A stretch of 64,000 nucleotides of DNA from an uncultured Lentisphaeria bacterium (GTDB lineage Bacteria; Verrucomicrobiota; Lentisphaeria; Victivallales; UBA1829). The position numbers and the translations under genes are program-made. Numbering within the stretch: position 1 is the stretch's first letter; every line of letters begins with the position of its first letter. Where the stretch lies: positions 254 to 64,253 of the forward strand of contig CAJMAW010000001.1 of assembly GCA_905211485.1 (NCBI GenBank), in the 5' to 3' direction. Below are positions 8,897 to 19,572 of the stretch, one piece after another. Under the pieces are notes generated by a model, which worked only from the letters and a program-made list of their open reading frames with translations, was not told the origin of the DNA and made no database searches.

Positions 8897-11683
8897 TCAC
8901 TTCCCCGAGAGACGGCAGATGAGACGTTTGAGTTCGCCCGCCCAGAGTACGCACGAAGTCCCCTCGACGATGAGCGCCCATTCTGCGAGGGAGAGAGGCT
9001 CGGTCCGGAAGAACTTTCCCCCAAACTGGACGATCAGAATCTGCATGACGAAAATGAATCCTGCGATCCCCGTGAACACCCGGTTGCCGCGGAGCTTTCC
9101 AAAGGTGGATTCCGAAGTCCCGAAGGTCCTGACATTGAAAAGATTCCAGAACTGAAGCATGACGAATACCGTGAAGAGGATGGAAAGTTCTCTGCCCGAG
9201 ATTCCTCCGTCGTTCTTCTGCCAGAGAAGAAGCATGCCTGCGAAAAGGACGACATAAAAAAACGCCGTCCCTAAGATATCCCGCGCCATGGCCGCCGTTA
9301 CGATGAAGGCGTCAGGAGACCTCGGCGGACGTTTCATGAGTTCCGGATCCGGCGGCTCGGTGGCCAGGGCCAGCGCTGCAAAGGTGTCCATGATGAGGTT
9401 GATCCAGAGCATCTGGATGACCGTCAGGGGCATCGAGACACCCAAGAAGGGACCGCTCAGAGCAATCCCGACGGCCGCAACGTTGATGGTCAGCTGGAAC
9501 ACGAGAAAACGCTGAATGTTCAGATAGAGCGAACGCCCCCAGAGCACGGCGTTCACGATGCTCTGGAAGGAGTCGTCCAGCAGAATGATGTCGGCGGCTT
9601 CCCGGGCGACGGCGGTACCGCTTTTCCCCATGGCGATTCCGACGTCCGCATGATTCAGGGCGGGTGCATCATTGGTCCCGTCGCCCGTCACGGCGACGAC
9701 CTGGCCCTGTTTCTGAAGAGCACAGACCAGTTTCAGTTTGTCCTCCGGCCGTGCCCTCGCAATGATGGAAAGTTCCCGGGCCGCCTGAAGAGTTTCCTCT
9801 TCTCCCTCCAGTGCCAGAAAATCCTTTCCGTTCCAGACTTTTTTCCCTTTTCCCTCTTCTGTTCCCGGGGTGAGCAGGGAAGGATGATCCGCTGCTCCCG
9901 GTCCGGCAGTGTTTACGGCAGTGGGTGCGGGTGACTGATCTTTCTTCCAGAGTCCGATCTGCCGTCCGATTTCGCAGGCGGTCGCGGGAGTGTCGCCCGT
10001 CACGACCTTCACTTCGATGCCCGCATTGCGGCAGGAGGCGACCGCGGCGGGAACTTCCCTGCGCACCGGATCGGCGATGCTGACAAATCCCAGATAGGTC
10101 AGTCCCGCAGCCAGGTTCCGGACATCGCAATCGGCACGGAGCGTTTCCGGATCCCGGCAGGCGAAGGCGAGTGTTCGGCTGCCTTCGGACTGCGCCCGCC
10201 GGAAAGAGGCCGCAACCGCTTCACGTTTCTCCCTGTCCAGCGGGAGGACGTTCCCTGCGGAATCCCGGTAGAAGGCACAGCGCTCCAGAACGATTTCTGG
10301 CGCTCCTTTGACATGGAAATTCTTTTCCGTCAGAGTCGCCATGAATTTCAATTCGCTGCTGAAGGTCCACTGCCGGACGATCTGTTCCGATTCGCGGATC
10401 TTCCGGTAGTCCGCGCCGTTTTTCGCCACCCAGAGCAGCAGCGCTCCTTCCGTCGGATTGCCGAGGACTTCCGTTCCGGCGCTTTGCGTCGTGTCTTTTT
10501 CATCCTTCTTTTCATCCTGTCCGGAGAGATTGGCGGTGGAGTTGACGCAGATGGAATCGCGGAGTCCTGCGGCGGAAGAATCCATGCTGAAATCCGCTTC
10601 TGAAAAAGTTTTTCCGTCCGGCGTGTGAAACCGCCTGACGTGCATCCGGTTCATGGTGAGGGTCCCGGTTTTGTCCGTGCAGATGACGGTGGCGGCTCCG
10701 ATGGTTTCGCAGGCATGAAGTTTCCGCACCAGGCAGTTGCTTGCCACCATGCGTCTCATGCTGCATGCCAGGCTCAGCGTAACGCTCATGGCAAGCCCTT
10801 CCGGCACCGCCACCACGATCAGCGTCACTGCGATCATGAAGAATCCCAGCAGCGTGTTCAGCAGCTCTTTTTCCGAATAGCGGCCGATATCGAGCGGGAG
10901 TTCCCCGGAGAAAAGCGCTTCGGCAAAAAGAATCGCGAACAGCGCCGCGGAAAGGAGAATTCCCGCCGCCGCAATGACCCTGCCAAGGGAGCTGAGCTGC
11001 TTCTGAAGGGGGGTCTGGTTCCCGGAGTCTTCGCTGGCGGCGAGGGCGGTGCGGCCCATAACCGTTTCCGGCCCGACCGCGGTGACTCTTGCGCAGGCAT
11101 GGCCGTCGAGAACCGTGGAGCCGCGGAGAAGCACGTGGTGGGGGTAGGTGGCTTCCTCCAGTTCCGCAAATCCCGGCGCGGAGGAAGGCATTTTGGGAAC
11201 CGGTTCCGGCTCGCCGGTGAATTTCGACTGGTCCACATGGAAATTGACGGCTTCCAGAACTTCGGCGTCCGCCGGAATTTCCTCGCCCGTTTCCAGAAGA
11301 ATGACGTCTTTTGTCACGAGGCTCCGCCTGGGAAGGTTCATGAGTTTCCCGTCGCGGAAAGTTTTGACGGGAATCTCATCATCCACCTGATTCAGGATGT
11401 CGAATTCTCTGCCTGCCCGGTATTCGCTGAGAAAAGAAATCCCTGTTGCCAGAACGACCGCCAGCAGAATGCCCAGTCCTTCCACGAGTCCCCCCGTCGC
11501 TCCAGAGAGAACTGCCGCCAGCATCAGAATCCGGATGACCGGATCGTTGAACTTCCTCAGAAACTGTTTCCACCAGGGATCCCGTTCCGCCCGGGCAAGA
11601 ATGTTCTCCCCGCAGATCCCGCGTTCCTTTTCCGCTTCCTGCGTGCTGAGCCCCTGTTTTCCCCATGAATCGTCAGACGGCAT
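8897..11683 (-). CDS. P-type ATPase, P2 (Ca2+-transporting) type
   Basis: Phosphorylation site ICTDKTGTLT, hinge TGDGTNDAPAL, and PEGLAM in TM4. Start moved to ATG 11683 (MPSDDSWGKQGLSTQEAEK), preceded by AGGGAG. The upstream 73 codons of the ORF are Arg/Pro-rich and look non-coding. Confidence 0.9.
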   Translation of the reverse strand: MPSDDSWGKQGLSTQEAEKERGICGENILARAERDPWWKQFLRKFNDPVIRILMLAAVLSGATGGLVEGLGILLAVVLATGISFLSEYRAGREFDILNQVDDEIPVKTFRDGKLMNLPRRSLVTKDVILLETGEEIPADAEVLEAVNFHVDQSKFTGEPEPVPKMPSSAPGFAELEEATYPHHVLLRGSTVLDGHACARVTAVGPETVMGRTALAASEDSGNQTPLQKQLSSLGRVIAAAGILLSAALFAILFAEALFSGELPLDIGRYSEKELLNTLLGFFMIAVTLIVVAVPEGLAMSVTLSLACSMRRMVASNCLVRKLHACETIGAATVICTDKTGTLTMNRMHVRRFHTPDGKTFSEADFSMDSSAAGLRDSICVNSTANLSGQDEKKDEKDTTQSAGTEVLGNPTEGALLLWVAKNGADYRKIRESEQIVRQWTFSSELKFMATLTEKNFHVKGAPEIVLERCAFYRDSAGNVLPLDREKREAVAASFRRAQSEGSRTLAFACRDPETLRADCDVRNLAAGLTYLGFVSIADPVRREVPAAVASCRNAGIEVKVVTGDTPATACEIGRQIGLWKKDQSPAPTAVNTAGPGAADHPSLLTPGTEEGKGKKVWNGKDFLALEGEEETLQAARELSIIARARPEDKLKLVCALQKQGQVVAVTGDGTNDAPALNHADVGIAMGKSGTAVAREAADIILLDDSFQSIVNAVLWGRSLYLNIQRFLVFQLTINVAAVGIALSGPFLGVSMPLTVIQMLWINLIMDTFAALALATEPPDPELMKRPPRSPDAFIVTAAMARDILGTAFFYVVLFAGMLLLWQKNDGGISGRELSILFTVFVMLQFWNLFNVRTFGTSESTFGKLRGNRVFTGIAGFIFVMQILIVQFGGKFFRTEPLSLAEWALIVEGTSCVLWAGELKRLICRLSGK

Positions 11684-12163
11684 TTCATACTCCCTGCTGC
11701 TGTTTTTATCAAAGTCGCATCTCAAATCCGGACCATCTACATCCATCCCGGGACTTCCCCGTGATCTCTGAATCCGCCTCCGGTTTTTCTTCCCCGTTTC
11801 CCTTCTCCGCTTCGGAAGAGAAAGTCGGGGAAAAGGCCTTCCCGGATGTGCTGGTACTGTACAGGAACTCCATTTGAAATCAACTTTTCCCGGGCCTTCC
11901 AATCCCCCCGGAACTTCCGGTTTAACGAAATTCTAACAAAGTGGAGTGCAGGAGGAAGCCCGTCAGCCGGATCACAGCGGGCAGAGGCGGAGGCGGAACG
12001 GGAACTCCAGTCAGCCCCCGGAAATCACAGGCTGGTGAGGAAAGAGGCGTAAGGAAAGCGAACGCAGGGCAGGCGGAGGAGAAGAAGAAAGTGGTCGGGA
12101 GGGAAAAAGGAAGGGATTTCCCCCCGCTGATTCCTTCACCTTTTCCGCTTTTCCCATTCAGCA

Positions 12164-12223
12164 GATTCCCGGACTACGGGATTCCTGAACTCTCTACGAT
12201 CCTGAACTCTACGATTCCTGGAC
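12164..12223. repeat. Degenerate tandem repeat, four units of ~14-18 bp (GATTCC[C/T]G[G/A]AC..TAC)
   Basis: Read directly as gattcccggactac / gattcctgaactctctac / gatcctgaactctac / gattcctggac, immediately downstream of the stop of the 12237..13076 gene. Confidence 0.6.
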
Positions 12224-12236
12224 AGAGCTGTTTCCT

Positions 12237-13076
12237 TCATCGCTGAGTCGGATTGGAGAACATGTTTTCGGAATTGGAGATGCCCCCGGAGGATCCCAAG
12301 TAAAAATGCCGACTGACGACGAGGGATGGGAAACACTGAGCATGACCGTCATAAAAGACCACGTTGACGAAGAGAGCGTGTCTTCCGCTGTAGAAGTCTT
12401 TTTTGTTGAAGTCGTTCCATTCCGGGATATTGACGCCTGCAATCTGATTGGAAAGCCTGGAATTGGTGATCTGTCCGGCACAGCTTCCGGCGCCGGGGAC
12501 ATAGGGATTGAAGCCGGACATGTCGCGCGGAGAGTCGAAGAGGAAGAGCCTCTTGGAGGGATAGCAGACGGAAGATATTTTCAATCCCCCTCCACGTCCT
12601 CCGCCCCAGGAACTGTCGGAATAAATCCATGTGGTTTGATCACCTCCTCCTGCGCTTCCGCAGCCGAAGATTCCGGCGTAATTGTCGCGTTCTCCGCCGG
12701 AAACGCAGCGGAGAATCTTGGACTTGCTGCCGCCGGGGAGGAATTTGCCGAGAATTTCATCATAACGGATCATATTGGGATAAGTCTGATAGAGTCTTTC
12801 CGGGACGACGTATTCGTCATAGGCGTTGATGTATAGGTATTGAAGCTGCCCGATCTGTTTCAGATTGTTGAGGCAGTGAATCCGCTTTCCCGCTTCCCTC
12901 GCCTGGTTGAGCGCGGGCAGGAGAAGCGCCGCGAGAAGCGCTATGACCGCTATGACGACCAGAAGTTCAATCAAAGTGAAGGGGCGTAGAAATAAAACGT
13001 TCCGCTTTGTCGGGATTCTCTTCCCTGAGCGGACGCCGTTTCCCGTTTTGTCGGCATTCCAGGCTCTTTTCTGCAT
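12237..13076 (-). CDS. Prepilin-type N-terminal cleavage/methylation domain protein, DUF1559 (H-X9-DG) family
   Basis: [44 protein letters not shown] at the N-terminus. C-terminal [15 protein letters not shown] fits H-X9-DG. Confidence 0.9.
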   Translation of the reverse strand: MQKRAWNADKTGNGVRSGKRIPTKRNVLFLRPFTLIELLVVIAVIALLAALLLPALNQAREAGKRIHCLNNLKQIGQLQYLYINAYDEYVVPERLYQTYPNMIRYDEILGKFLPGGSKSKILRCVSGGERDNYAGIFGCGSAGGGDQTTWIYSDSSWGGGRGGGLKISSVCYPSKRLFLFDSPRDMSGFNPYVPGAGSCAGQITNSRLSNQIAGVNIPEWNDFNKKDFYSGRHALFVNVVFYDGHAQCFPSLVVSRHFYLGSSGGISNSENMFSNPTQR

Positions 13077-13303
13077 GGCAAATTCCTTCCTGATTGTATG
13101 AATAAAGCGGGCGAGACGAAAGGCGTCTCACTGTCCGTCTCCGGATCTCACTGGTCCGGAATCTCTTCTGTACAGTGTGGATAAAATAACACAGGCATTC
13201 CTTCCTTTCAATGGCGAAGCGTCTGGATTCCGTTTTTTCCTTTTCAAAAAAACAGAAAAAACGGAATCCTAGGGGCGGGGAGGAGCTTTCCTGCGCAGGC
13301 GAA

Positions 13304-15433
13304 TCAGTCAGAGCCTTTTTCTGATTTGCTTGTTTCCGCTTCCTTCTGCGGGGGATCGGAGAAGAAGCTCAGAAGCCCGGCGATCAGAGTTTGGACTTCC
13401 TCCGTGTTTTCCGGATGGCAGGAGGCGATTTGCTGTTTCCAGTTTGCCGGAGGGGAGGGGATCCAGCGGTAACGGTCGAGTTCAAATGAATAACGGGGAA
13501 AGCGCATGCGTACCAGACGGTGATAGAAGGGCTCCGCTTCTTCCGGATTCCGGTTTCTCAGAACGAGTCCGCCGGCAAGATGAGAGAGAAAACGCAATTC
13601 CGGATTCCCGCTCAGTTCTCCGGCTTTGCGGAAATATCCGGCTTCCCGAATGCGGTAATGAAAGCGGGAAAGACGGAACGGGGAGGACGGGGGAAAGGTA
13701 GACTGAGACGGGGGAACGGAAAGAATTCCGGAGTCCGGAGTTTTTGTTTCCGGGGGGATTTTCTGGGCGCTCGGGTAAGAGTCGTAACGGCCTTCGCAGA
13801 TGAAGTAATCGGGGTGGAGTTCATATCCGAAAAGCTCGATGTCGTACAGGAGCATGAGTTGTCCGAGCCGGAAGTAGGCGAGGGAGCGTTCTCCGGAGGG
13901 GATTGTGCCGTTCCCGGAGATCTCTGTCAGACCGGCAAATTCTTCAGCTGTCCTGCGGAGCTTGTCCGGAAAAAAGGGGGCCGCTTCGGAAAAACGGTTT
14001 CCGCGCATCAGACGGCGCGCGAGAAGATGGCAGAGGCGCCGCCGCATCGGAGACGGAATCTGAGGATTGTCCCGATGGGCTTCGACAAATTCCAGAAGTT
14101 CCGGAAGACAAAGTTTTACCTCCGCAATCCATGCCGCATCGCTCCATGATCCGCCCATGAGGAAACTGTAGAGGGCCTCCTGGTAGAGATGTTCCGCACA
14201 TTGAAGAGCTCCGAGTTCTCCACTGACGACTTCGCGCATGCTGTGGACAAGGTTGTCCGGGACATCCACATATTCCTCCTCCGGCCGGAAGATCCCTTTC
14301 CACGGGAAAAACATCCCGTAATATTTCCCAGACGGTGTGAAACGGATGGGCAGTTCTTCTCTTTCGGGCTGTTTCCCTTCTCCTTTTTCCTCCTCCTCTT
14401 CTGGCGTCACTCCCGCCGTCTCCGGGGTGAGACGCCCGGCGCTCCCTTCCTTTTTCTGAACGGGCGGCAGGCGGTTCAGAAAAAGCCATTTCCGGAGCAG
14501 ATGGGCCGATTTGCGGTAATCCCCTTCTCTCCGTGCGAGACGCGCCTTCAGATACAGACGGACGGGGGAATCTTCCGCAGTTTTTCGGAGCATTTCTCTG
14601 CAAAGTTCGAAGTCCCCGTTCTGAAATGCCCGGACGGCGAGAAAGTCGGCGCAGACAAACGGACGACTTCCGAGTTTTTCCTTTTCTTCCCGTCCCTTCC
14701 GGATCAGTTCCGGATAAAACAGAATGGCGACTTCCGCCGTCAGCGGATCCCTGAGAAAGATTTCCGGATCATATCTGCGCATCATGCTTCCGAGTTCGTC
14801 CCAGAGTTCCTTGGAACGATCGTTCCCGCAGCCTGCCGCAAGGACCAGATAACGCAGGCGCTCCACCGGATCCGATGCGTAGAAATAATTGCTGCGGAAA
14901 CTCCGGCCTGCCAGATTCTCCGGATCCGGGATGCCTCCGTTGACGGCCTTCCGGAGCTTCTGATACCATTCATAGGCTTCGGCCGGGTTTTCCTTCGCAT
15001 GCAGATTTCCCAGCAGATAAAGCGTTCTGGCTGTGCAGAGACGCCGTTCGGATTCCGGGAGAGAGAGCAGATGCTTCCAGTCCTCCGGGAAACGGTTTTC
15101 CGGGTCCCGCCGAAGCGCTTCCCAGCCGGACTGGAAAAGCCGGAATTCCGTTCTGTTTTCCTCCGGTCCTGGCCCGGGATCCATCTGCTGCGGCCCGGAA
15201 TCCGGACTTTTCAGCATGATGCAGTCGGGAAAATAATGCCGGGCAAGTTTGCCCAGAAGAAAGCGGAGATTCAAATCCGGGGAAAACGCGGCCTCCCCCT
15301 GATGATGAGCCAGAAAGCTGGGAGGAAAAGCTTCGCTGCAGGCGGAAAGCCGGGGGTTCTCCGCTCCGGACAAAAGCCCGGCGGTCACGGCCGTGATCAA
15401 AGTGAATTTCAATCGGAAGGGGATGGAATCCAT
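13304..15433 (-). CDS. Secreted hypothetical protein (710 aa), TPR/helical-repeat-like
   Basis: Start set at ATG 15433 (MDSIPFRLKFTLITAVTAGLLSGAENP, signal-peptide-like). The upstream 162 codons of the 871-aa ORF overlap the preceding gene and are Arg/Pro/Gly-rich. No catalytic motif recognised. Confidence 0.75.
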   Translation of the reverse strand: MDSIPFRLKFTLITAVTAGLLSGAENPRLSACSEAFPPSFLAHHQGEAAFSPDLNLRFLLGKLARHYFPDCIMLKSPDSGPQQMDPGPGPEENRTEFRLFQSGWEALRRDPENRFPEDWKHLLSLPESERRLCTARTLYLLGNLHAKENPAEAYEWYQKLRKAVNGGIPDPENLAGRSFRSNYFYASDPVERLRYLVLAAGCGNDRSKELWDELGSMMRRYDPEIFLRDPLTAEVAILFYPELIRKGREEKEKLGSRPFVCADFLAVRAFQNGDFELCREMLRKTAEDSPVRLYLKARLARREGDYRKSAHLLRKWLFLNRLPPVQKKEGSAGRLTPETAGVTPEEEEEKGEGKQPEREELPIRFTPSGKYYGMFFPWKGIFRPEEEYVDVPDNLVHSMREVVSGELGALQCAEHLYQEALYSFLMGGSWSDAAWIAEVKLCLPELLEFVEAHRDNPQIPSPMRRRLCHLLARRLMRGNRFSEAAPFFPDKLRRTAEEFAGLTEISGNGTIPSGERSLAYFRLGQLMLLYDIELFGYELHPDYFICEGRYDSYPSAQKIPPETKTPDSGILSVPPSQSTFPPSSPFRLSRFHYRIREAGYFRKAGELSGNPELRFLSHLAGGLVLRNRNPEEAEPFYHRLVRMRFPRYSFELDRYRWIPSPPANWKQQIASCHPENTEEVQTLIAGLLSFFSDPPQKEAETSKSEKGSD

Positions 15434-16749
15434 TGGTGTATTTCTCCTGTTTTCAGTGTTTCTCCCGGTTTGGGGATGATTCCGCGGATGCTTTCCGGGA
15501 CGCATCCGGGAACAGTGGGGGAAACGGGATGTATGCCGTGGAAGAAAAACGCTTCTCCCTTCCCGCCTCCCAGAATCTGTGTATATTCCTCTTCTCCCGG
15601 AATCCCGTGATTGGTCCAGAAAATATCGGTTCTGGATCCGCTTGTCCGGAAGGTGGTTTCGATCTCTCTCAGGGGAGGGGAGCCTCCGTCCAGACGCCGC
15701 AGGTTCTCCAGTTCCAGACAGAGCCGATCGCCCGGCATCGGCAGACGGAACCAGACGACGCGAATGTCCGGATGCCGTTTCCGGAAACGCAGAAGCTCCT
15801 CCCAGTCCGGAACGGCAAAGCGGATGATTTCCCCTTTTCCCCGGGGCGGGCGGTTTTCCGCGCTGAGCCTCAGAAAGCGGCCTGTCCTCTCCGAATAATG
15901 CAGCCGATAAGCGTAGCACGGGAGCGCCATCCGGAATGTCTTTCCCAGGTCAAGAGCCTGTCTGAGCGCCTTTTCCGCCGCCGCGGAGTCGAACAGACGG
16001 TATTCTGAAGGAAGATCCGGGGGCCTTTCCAGCGCGTGCAGCTGCAAGACATAGAAGGAAATCAGGGGAAACAGCTCCTCAAGTTCCTCTCTGTGACGCA
16101 GATGGCAGGGAAGAAGCGTGACGGAGAATCCCTTGTCCGGAACCCGTGCCCGCAGCCGTTTCAGAAACTCCGCATAGTCCCGGAGACGCGATTCGGGAAC
16201 ATCGCAGTCGATCTGGATCTCGGGGGACTGTTCTCCCCTGAGAATCTCTGCAAATCTTTCCGTGAAAGTCTTCTGAGAATGAAACGATTCCTCCCGGGAC
16301 CCGCCATTGTCTCTGCTGTTTCCGCCGTCTCTGGCGTCTCCGCCGCCGCCATTTCCGGAATTTTCCCCGGCTCCTTTTTCCGGGAACTCTTCCCTCCAGA
16401 CTTCCGCATCCAGCCGGAACACGGGAATGCTCCTTACGGAGGCGGGAGCACGTAGAAGACGTCCTCCCTCATTTTTGCGGAATTCTCCGCGCAGAGCGTA
16501 GATCTGCCAGTCCGCCGCGCAGGAGGTCAGGACCTCATCCGTTCCGGCGTTCCGTTCCCTGTGCCAGAAATAGACCGCGCTTTTTTCCGCTCCGGAGAGA
16601 GGGTGCACTGGGAAAAGAACAACGGCCGCTCCGGAAAAACATGCGGCAAGGCACATGAGGAATTTCCGTTGCTTCCGACAGAAGAAACGGAATGCGGCGG
16701 ACGGTGCCGCCGATTCGGACCGTTTCCCGCATTCGAATTCTGCAGACAT
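15409..16749 (-). CDS. Secreted hypothetical protein, possibly DUF3142-like
   Basis: 446-aa ORF with an N-terminal hydrophobic segment (FLMCLAACFSGAAVVLFPV). The blocks VYFWHRERNAG and EIQIDCDVPESRLRDYAEFLKRLRARVPDKGFSVTLLPCHL resemble my recollection of the DUF3142 family. It contains the Gly/Asn/Asp-rich insertion NSGNGGGGDARDGGNSRDNGG. The family label is tentative. Confidence 0.7.
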   Translation of the reverse strand: MSAEFECGKRSESAAPSAAFRFFCRKQRKFLMCLAACFSGAAVVLFPVHPLSGAEKSAVYFWHRERNAGTDEVLTSCAADWQIYALRGEFRKNEGGRLLRAPASVRSIPVFRLDAEVWREEFPEKGAGENSGNGGGGDARDGGNSRDNGGSREESFHSQKTFTERFAEILRGEQSPEIQIDCDVPESRLRDYAEFLKRLRARVPDKGFSVTLLPCHLRHREELEELFPLISFYVLQLHALERPPDLPSEYRLFDSAAAEKALRQALDLGKTFRMALPCYAYRLHYSERTGRFLRLSAENRPPRGKGEIIRFAVPDWEELLRFRKRHPDIRVVWFRLPMPGDRLCLELENLRRLDGGSPPLREIETTFRTSGSRTDIFWTNHGIPGEEEYTQILGGGKGEAFFFHGIHPVSPTVPGCVPESIRGIIPKPGETLKTGEIHQWIPSPSD

Positions 16750-17406
16750 CTTCTCTTCATTTCCCTTTTTCGCGGACTACTGTTTCCTCCCTTCGGCGGA
16801 GCTTCGGCGGAATGAAATTCTTCTCCGTTCTTTCCTGACGGAATATCAGCACGGAAGAGGAAAAGCCGTCTTTTCTTCCTGCTTCATTCGCCATCCTGTC
16901 CTTTCATTTCATCCGCTGTTCCATGGATGGCCGTCTTGAGGGGAGGGATGAATATAGGAGCGTTTTATGAAAATGCAAGGATGGGATTTTGTCCGTCCGT
17001 TTTAAAAATCCGTCACCGGAATGGTTCACCGGAATCCTGCTCAGAAAATCCGTCTCAGATTAGGGGAAGAGGAGGTTCCGCGAATTCGGGAGAATCCGTT
17101 TTTCCCCTTATTCAGATGGGGCGTCCTGTCGGGGAAAAACACGGGAACGGCTTGTAAAGGCTGCCGCCTGAGTTTATCTTAGAAAAAACGCCTTAGGATC
17201 CTTAGGTTATGGAAGAAGGCGGATGCGTACTGACATCATAAACAAAAAACGTATTCTTCGGACTTGTTTTTTTCTTTTCTGCTTTACTTCGCCCCCCGTT
17301 TTCTTTCTCAGATCCGAGAAGAGTCGACAAGTCGGCGGAGTGAAGAAAGCGACACAGCTATTGAGAAGAAACCGGAAGAAAAAAATATCTGGCAGGAGGA
17401 AACAGA

Positions 17407-19493
17407 ATGTCATACTCTGTTGACGAACATATGGATTCCCGTCCTGATGGCAGCCGTGATTCCGCGGGTGCTCCCGCGCCTTTCGGAGCGCTTCCGAACA
17501 GGCGGCAGCTTGCGTGGCAGGAAATGGGTATGTACGCCTTCATCCATTTCGGGGTCAATACGTTCACCGGGCGCGAGTGGGGCGACGGAAGCGAAGCGGA
17601 GGAACTTTTTCACCCCACGGCCCTGGATTGTGAACAGTGGTGCCGGATTCTCCGCGATGCCGGATTCAAGGGGGTTGTTCTGACGGCGAAGCATCATGAC
17701 GGTTTCTGTCTCTGGCCCAGCCGTTTTACGACTCATTCGGTCCAGTCTTCCAAATGGCGCGGCGGCTGTGGTGATGTGGTCGGCGATCTGGCAGCGGCCG
17801 CGAGGAAATACGGGTTGAAGCTTGGGGTGTATCTCTCCCTCTGGGACCGCCATGAAAAGACCTACGGGCAGGGAGGTCCGTACAATGAATTCTACCTGGC
17901 CCAGCTTAGGGAACTGCTCGGCGCCTTCGGCGGAGAAAACGGCAGGGACATTTTCATCGTGTGGTTTGACGGCGCCTGCGGAGAAGGAAACGCCAGCAAT
18001 ATGACTTTCCCGGCATTGCGGAGCTGATCCATGAACTGGCCCCGGAAGCCGTCATACTCGGGCATCTGGGGGAATACCGCGACATCCGCTGGTGCGGCAA
18101 CGAAAAAGGCTTTGCCGGATCTCCGAACTGGGCAACATTGAACGATTACAGCAAGGGGCCCGGAGGCGGCCTTCTGAACGGACACGTCAACGGAATTCAC
18201 TGGTGGCCTTCGGAAGTGGACGTTTCCATTCGCCCCGGCTGGTTTTATCACCCGGAGGAGGATCCCCTGGTGCATTCGCTGGAACACCTCCTGGAGATTT
18301 TCTACCACTCTGTGGGACGCGGATCCTGCCTGAATCTGAATATCCCTCCCGACCGCCGCGGACTGATTGCCGATCCCGACGCCGAACGGCTCCATGAATT
18401 CCATCTGGTGCTGAAACGGACATTTGAACACAATCTGGCAGCGGGGGCGGAAGTTACGACCTCCAGCGAACGCGCTCCGGACTTCCGCGGAGAACGGATG
18501 ACGGATGGAAATCCGGAAACGTTCTGGGCGGTGGAGGATGGTGTTACCGAATGTGAAGCCGTTCTCGAATTCGGGGAAATCCGTCGTCTGAATGTGGTGT
18601 CTCTGAAGGAATATACGCAGCTCGGGCAGCGCGTGGCGGCATTTACCGTCGATTTCAGAAACTCTTCCGGAGAATGGGAGAAGCTGCTGGAGGACAGCAC
18701 GATTTCCTTCCGGAAAATTCTCCGCACGAAAACGGTCGAGACCGCCGCCCTCCGGCTCCGGATCACCCATGCTCTCGCCTGTCCCTGCATCCGAGAATTC
18801 TCCGCATACTATCAGCCTCCGATCCTGAGCGCGCCTTCCATCTCACGCGATCCGGACGGAACGATCCGCATCAGCGCTCCGAATGATGAGGTTTCCATTC
18901 ACTATACGCTGGACGGTACTCGGCCCACAGTTTCCTCCCCTCTGTACACCGGGCCCTTCCAGATCCGGGATTCCGGTTTTCTCCGGGCCGTTTCTGTGCT
19001 ACGGCCCGGTTGCGGGGCAAACGCCTTTCCTGAAATCCGGAGCAACCCGGAAGCCAGTCTCCGTTTCGGCAGAGTCCTGGAACACTGCCGCGTCCTGGGG
19101 GCGGACAGTGAGTTGGATGAGGCTCATTCCCGTGATCATGCCGTTTCCGCCGACGACCGGATCTGGATGACGGCGCAATCCGGATCGTATCCTCACTGGA
19201 TTTCCATTGACATCGGCGAAACACAGCTTGTCCGCGGCATCCTTTTCACCCCTTCCGTCTTCCGCGGGACCTGTCTGGGGCCGATTCGCCGTTACCGGAT
19301 TCTTGCGGGCGATTCCACGGACCTGATCCGGACTCCTGTGGCGGAGGGAATCTTCGACAACATGCAGAACAATCCCGTTCCGCAGGCCATTGTATTCTCC
19401 AGCCCGCTTTCCGCCCGTTACTTCCGTTTCGAGGCTTTGGAATCGGCGGACGGCGGATGCCAAGCCTCCGCGGCACGGATTGAAATTCTCTGA
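17407..19493 (+). pseudogene. GH29 alpha-L-fucosidase with two C-terminal F5/8-type-C (discoidin/CBM32-like) domains, interrupted by a 1-nt frameshift near 17988-17991
   Basis: ORF 17407..18027 carries GMYAFIHFGVNTFTGREWGDG...TAKHHDGFCLWPS...IVWFDGACGEG. The homology continues in another frame from 17991 (RQQYDFPGIAELIHELAPEAVILG...IRWCGNEKG...WWPSEVDVSIRPGWFYH), which is in frame with ORF 18138..19493. The two frames are separated by only two nucleotides at an AAA run. Confidence 0.8.
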
Positions 19494-19572
19494 TCTTTTC
19501 TCTTTGTCCCGCCGTTTGCGGAAGAAAATGGACGGACGGGCATATGGCGCCGTGGAGAAAAAAGTGGTTTGT

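Noticed and set aside
11684-11902. 73-codon N-terminal extension of the P-type ATPase ORF; likewise 31146..31325 for the GH-like gene and 58693..58773 for the LptF/G-like gene
   Set aside because: The extensions are basic and Pro-rich and lack homology-like sequence. Internal ATGs with Shine-Dalgarno-like purine tracts or signal peptides give products that begin where family members begin.
12164-12223. CRISPR array (also considered for the short repeats at 24340..24400 and 57340..57365)
   Set aside because: The repeat units are 10-18 bp, degenerate, directly abutting without spacers, and limited to 2-4 copies. No cas genes are in the window.
15434-15919. The upstream 162 codons of the 871-aa ORF (13304..15919)
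   Set aside because: This part overlaps the preceding 446-aa gene out of frame and is Arg/Gly/Pro/Ser-rich. A Met followed by a typical signal peptide occurs at 15433, so the N-terminal extension is treated as spurious.
17985-17995. Programmed -1 ribosomal frameshift in the fucosidase gene
   Set aside because: The site (gaa gga aac gcc) has no X-XXY-YYZ slippery heptamer, and I see no obvious downstream stimulatory hairpin. A 1-nt indel at the A-run (mutation or sequencing error) is the simpler explanation.
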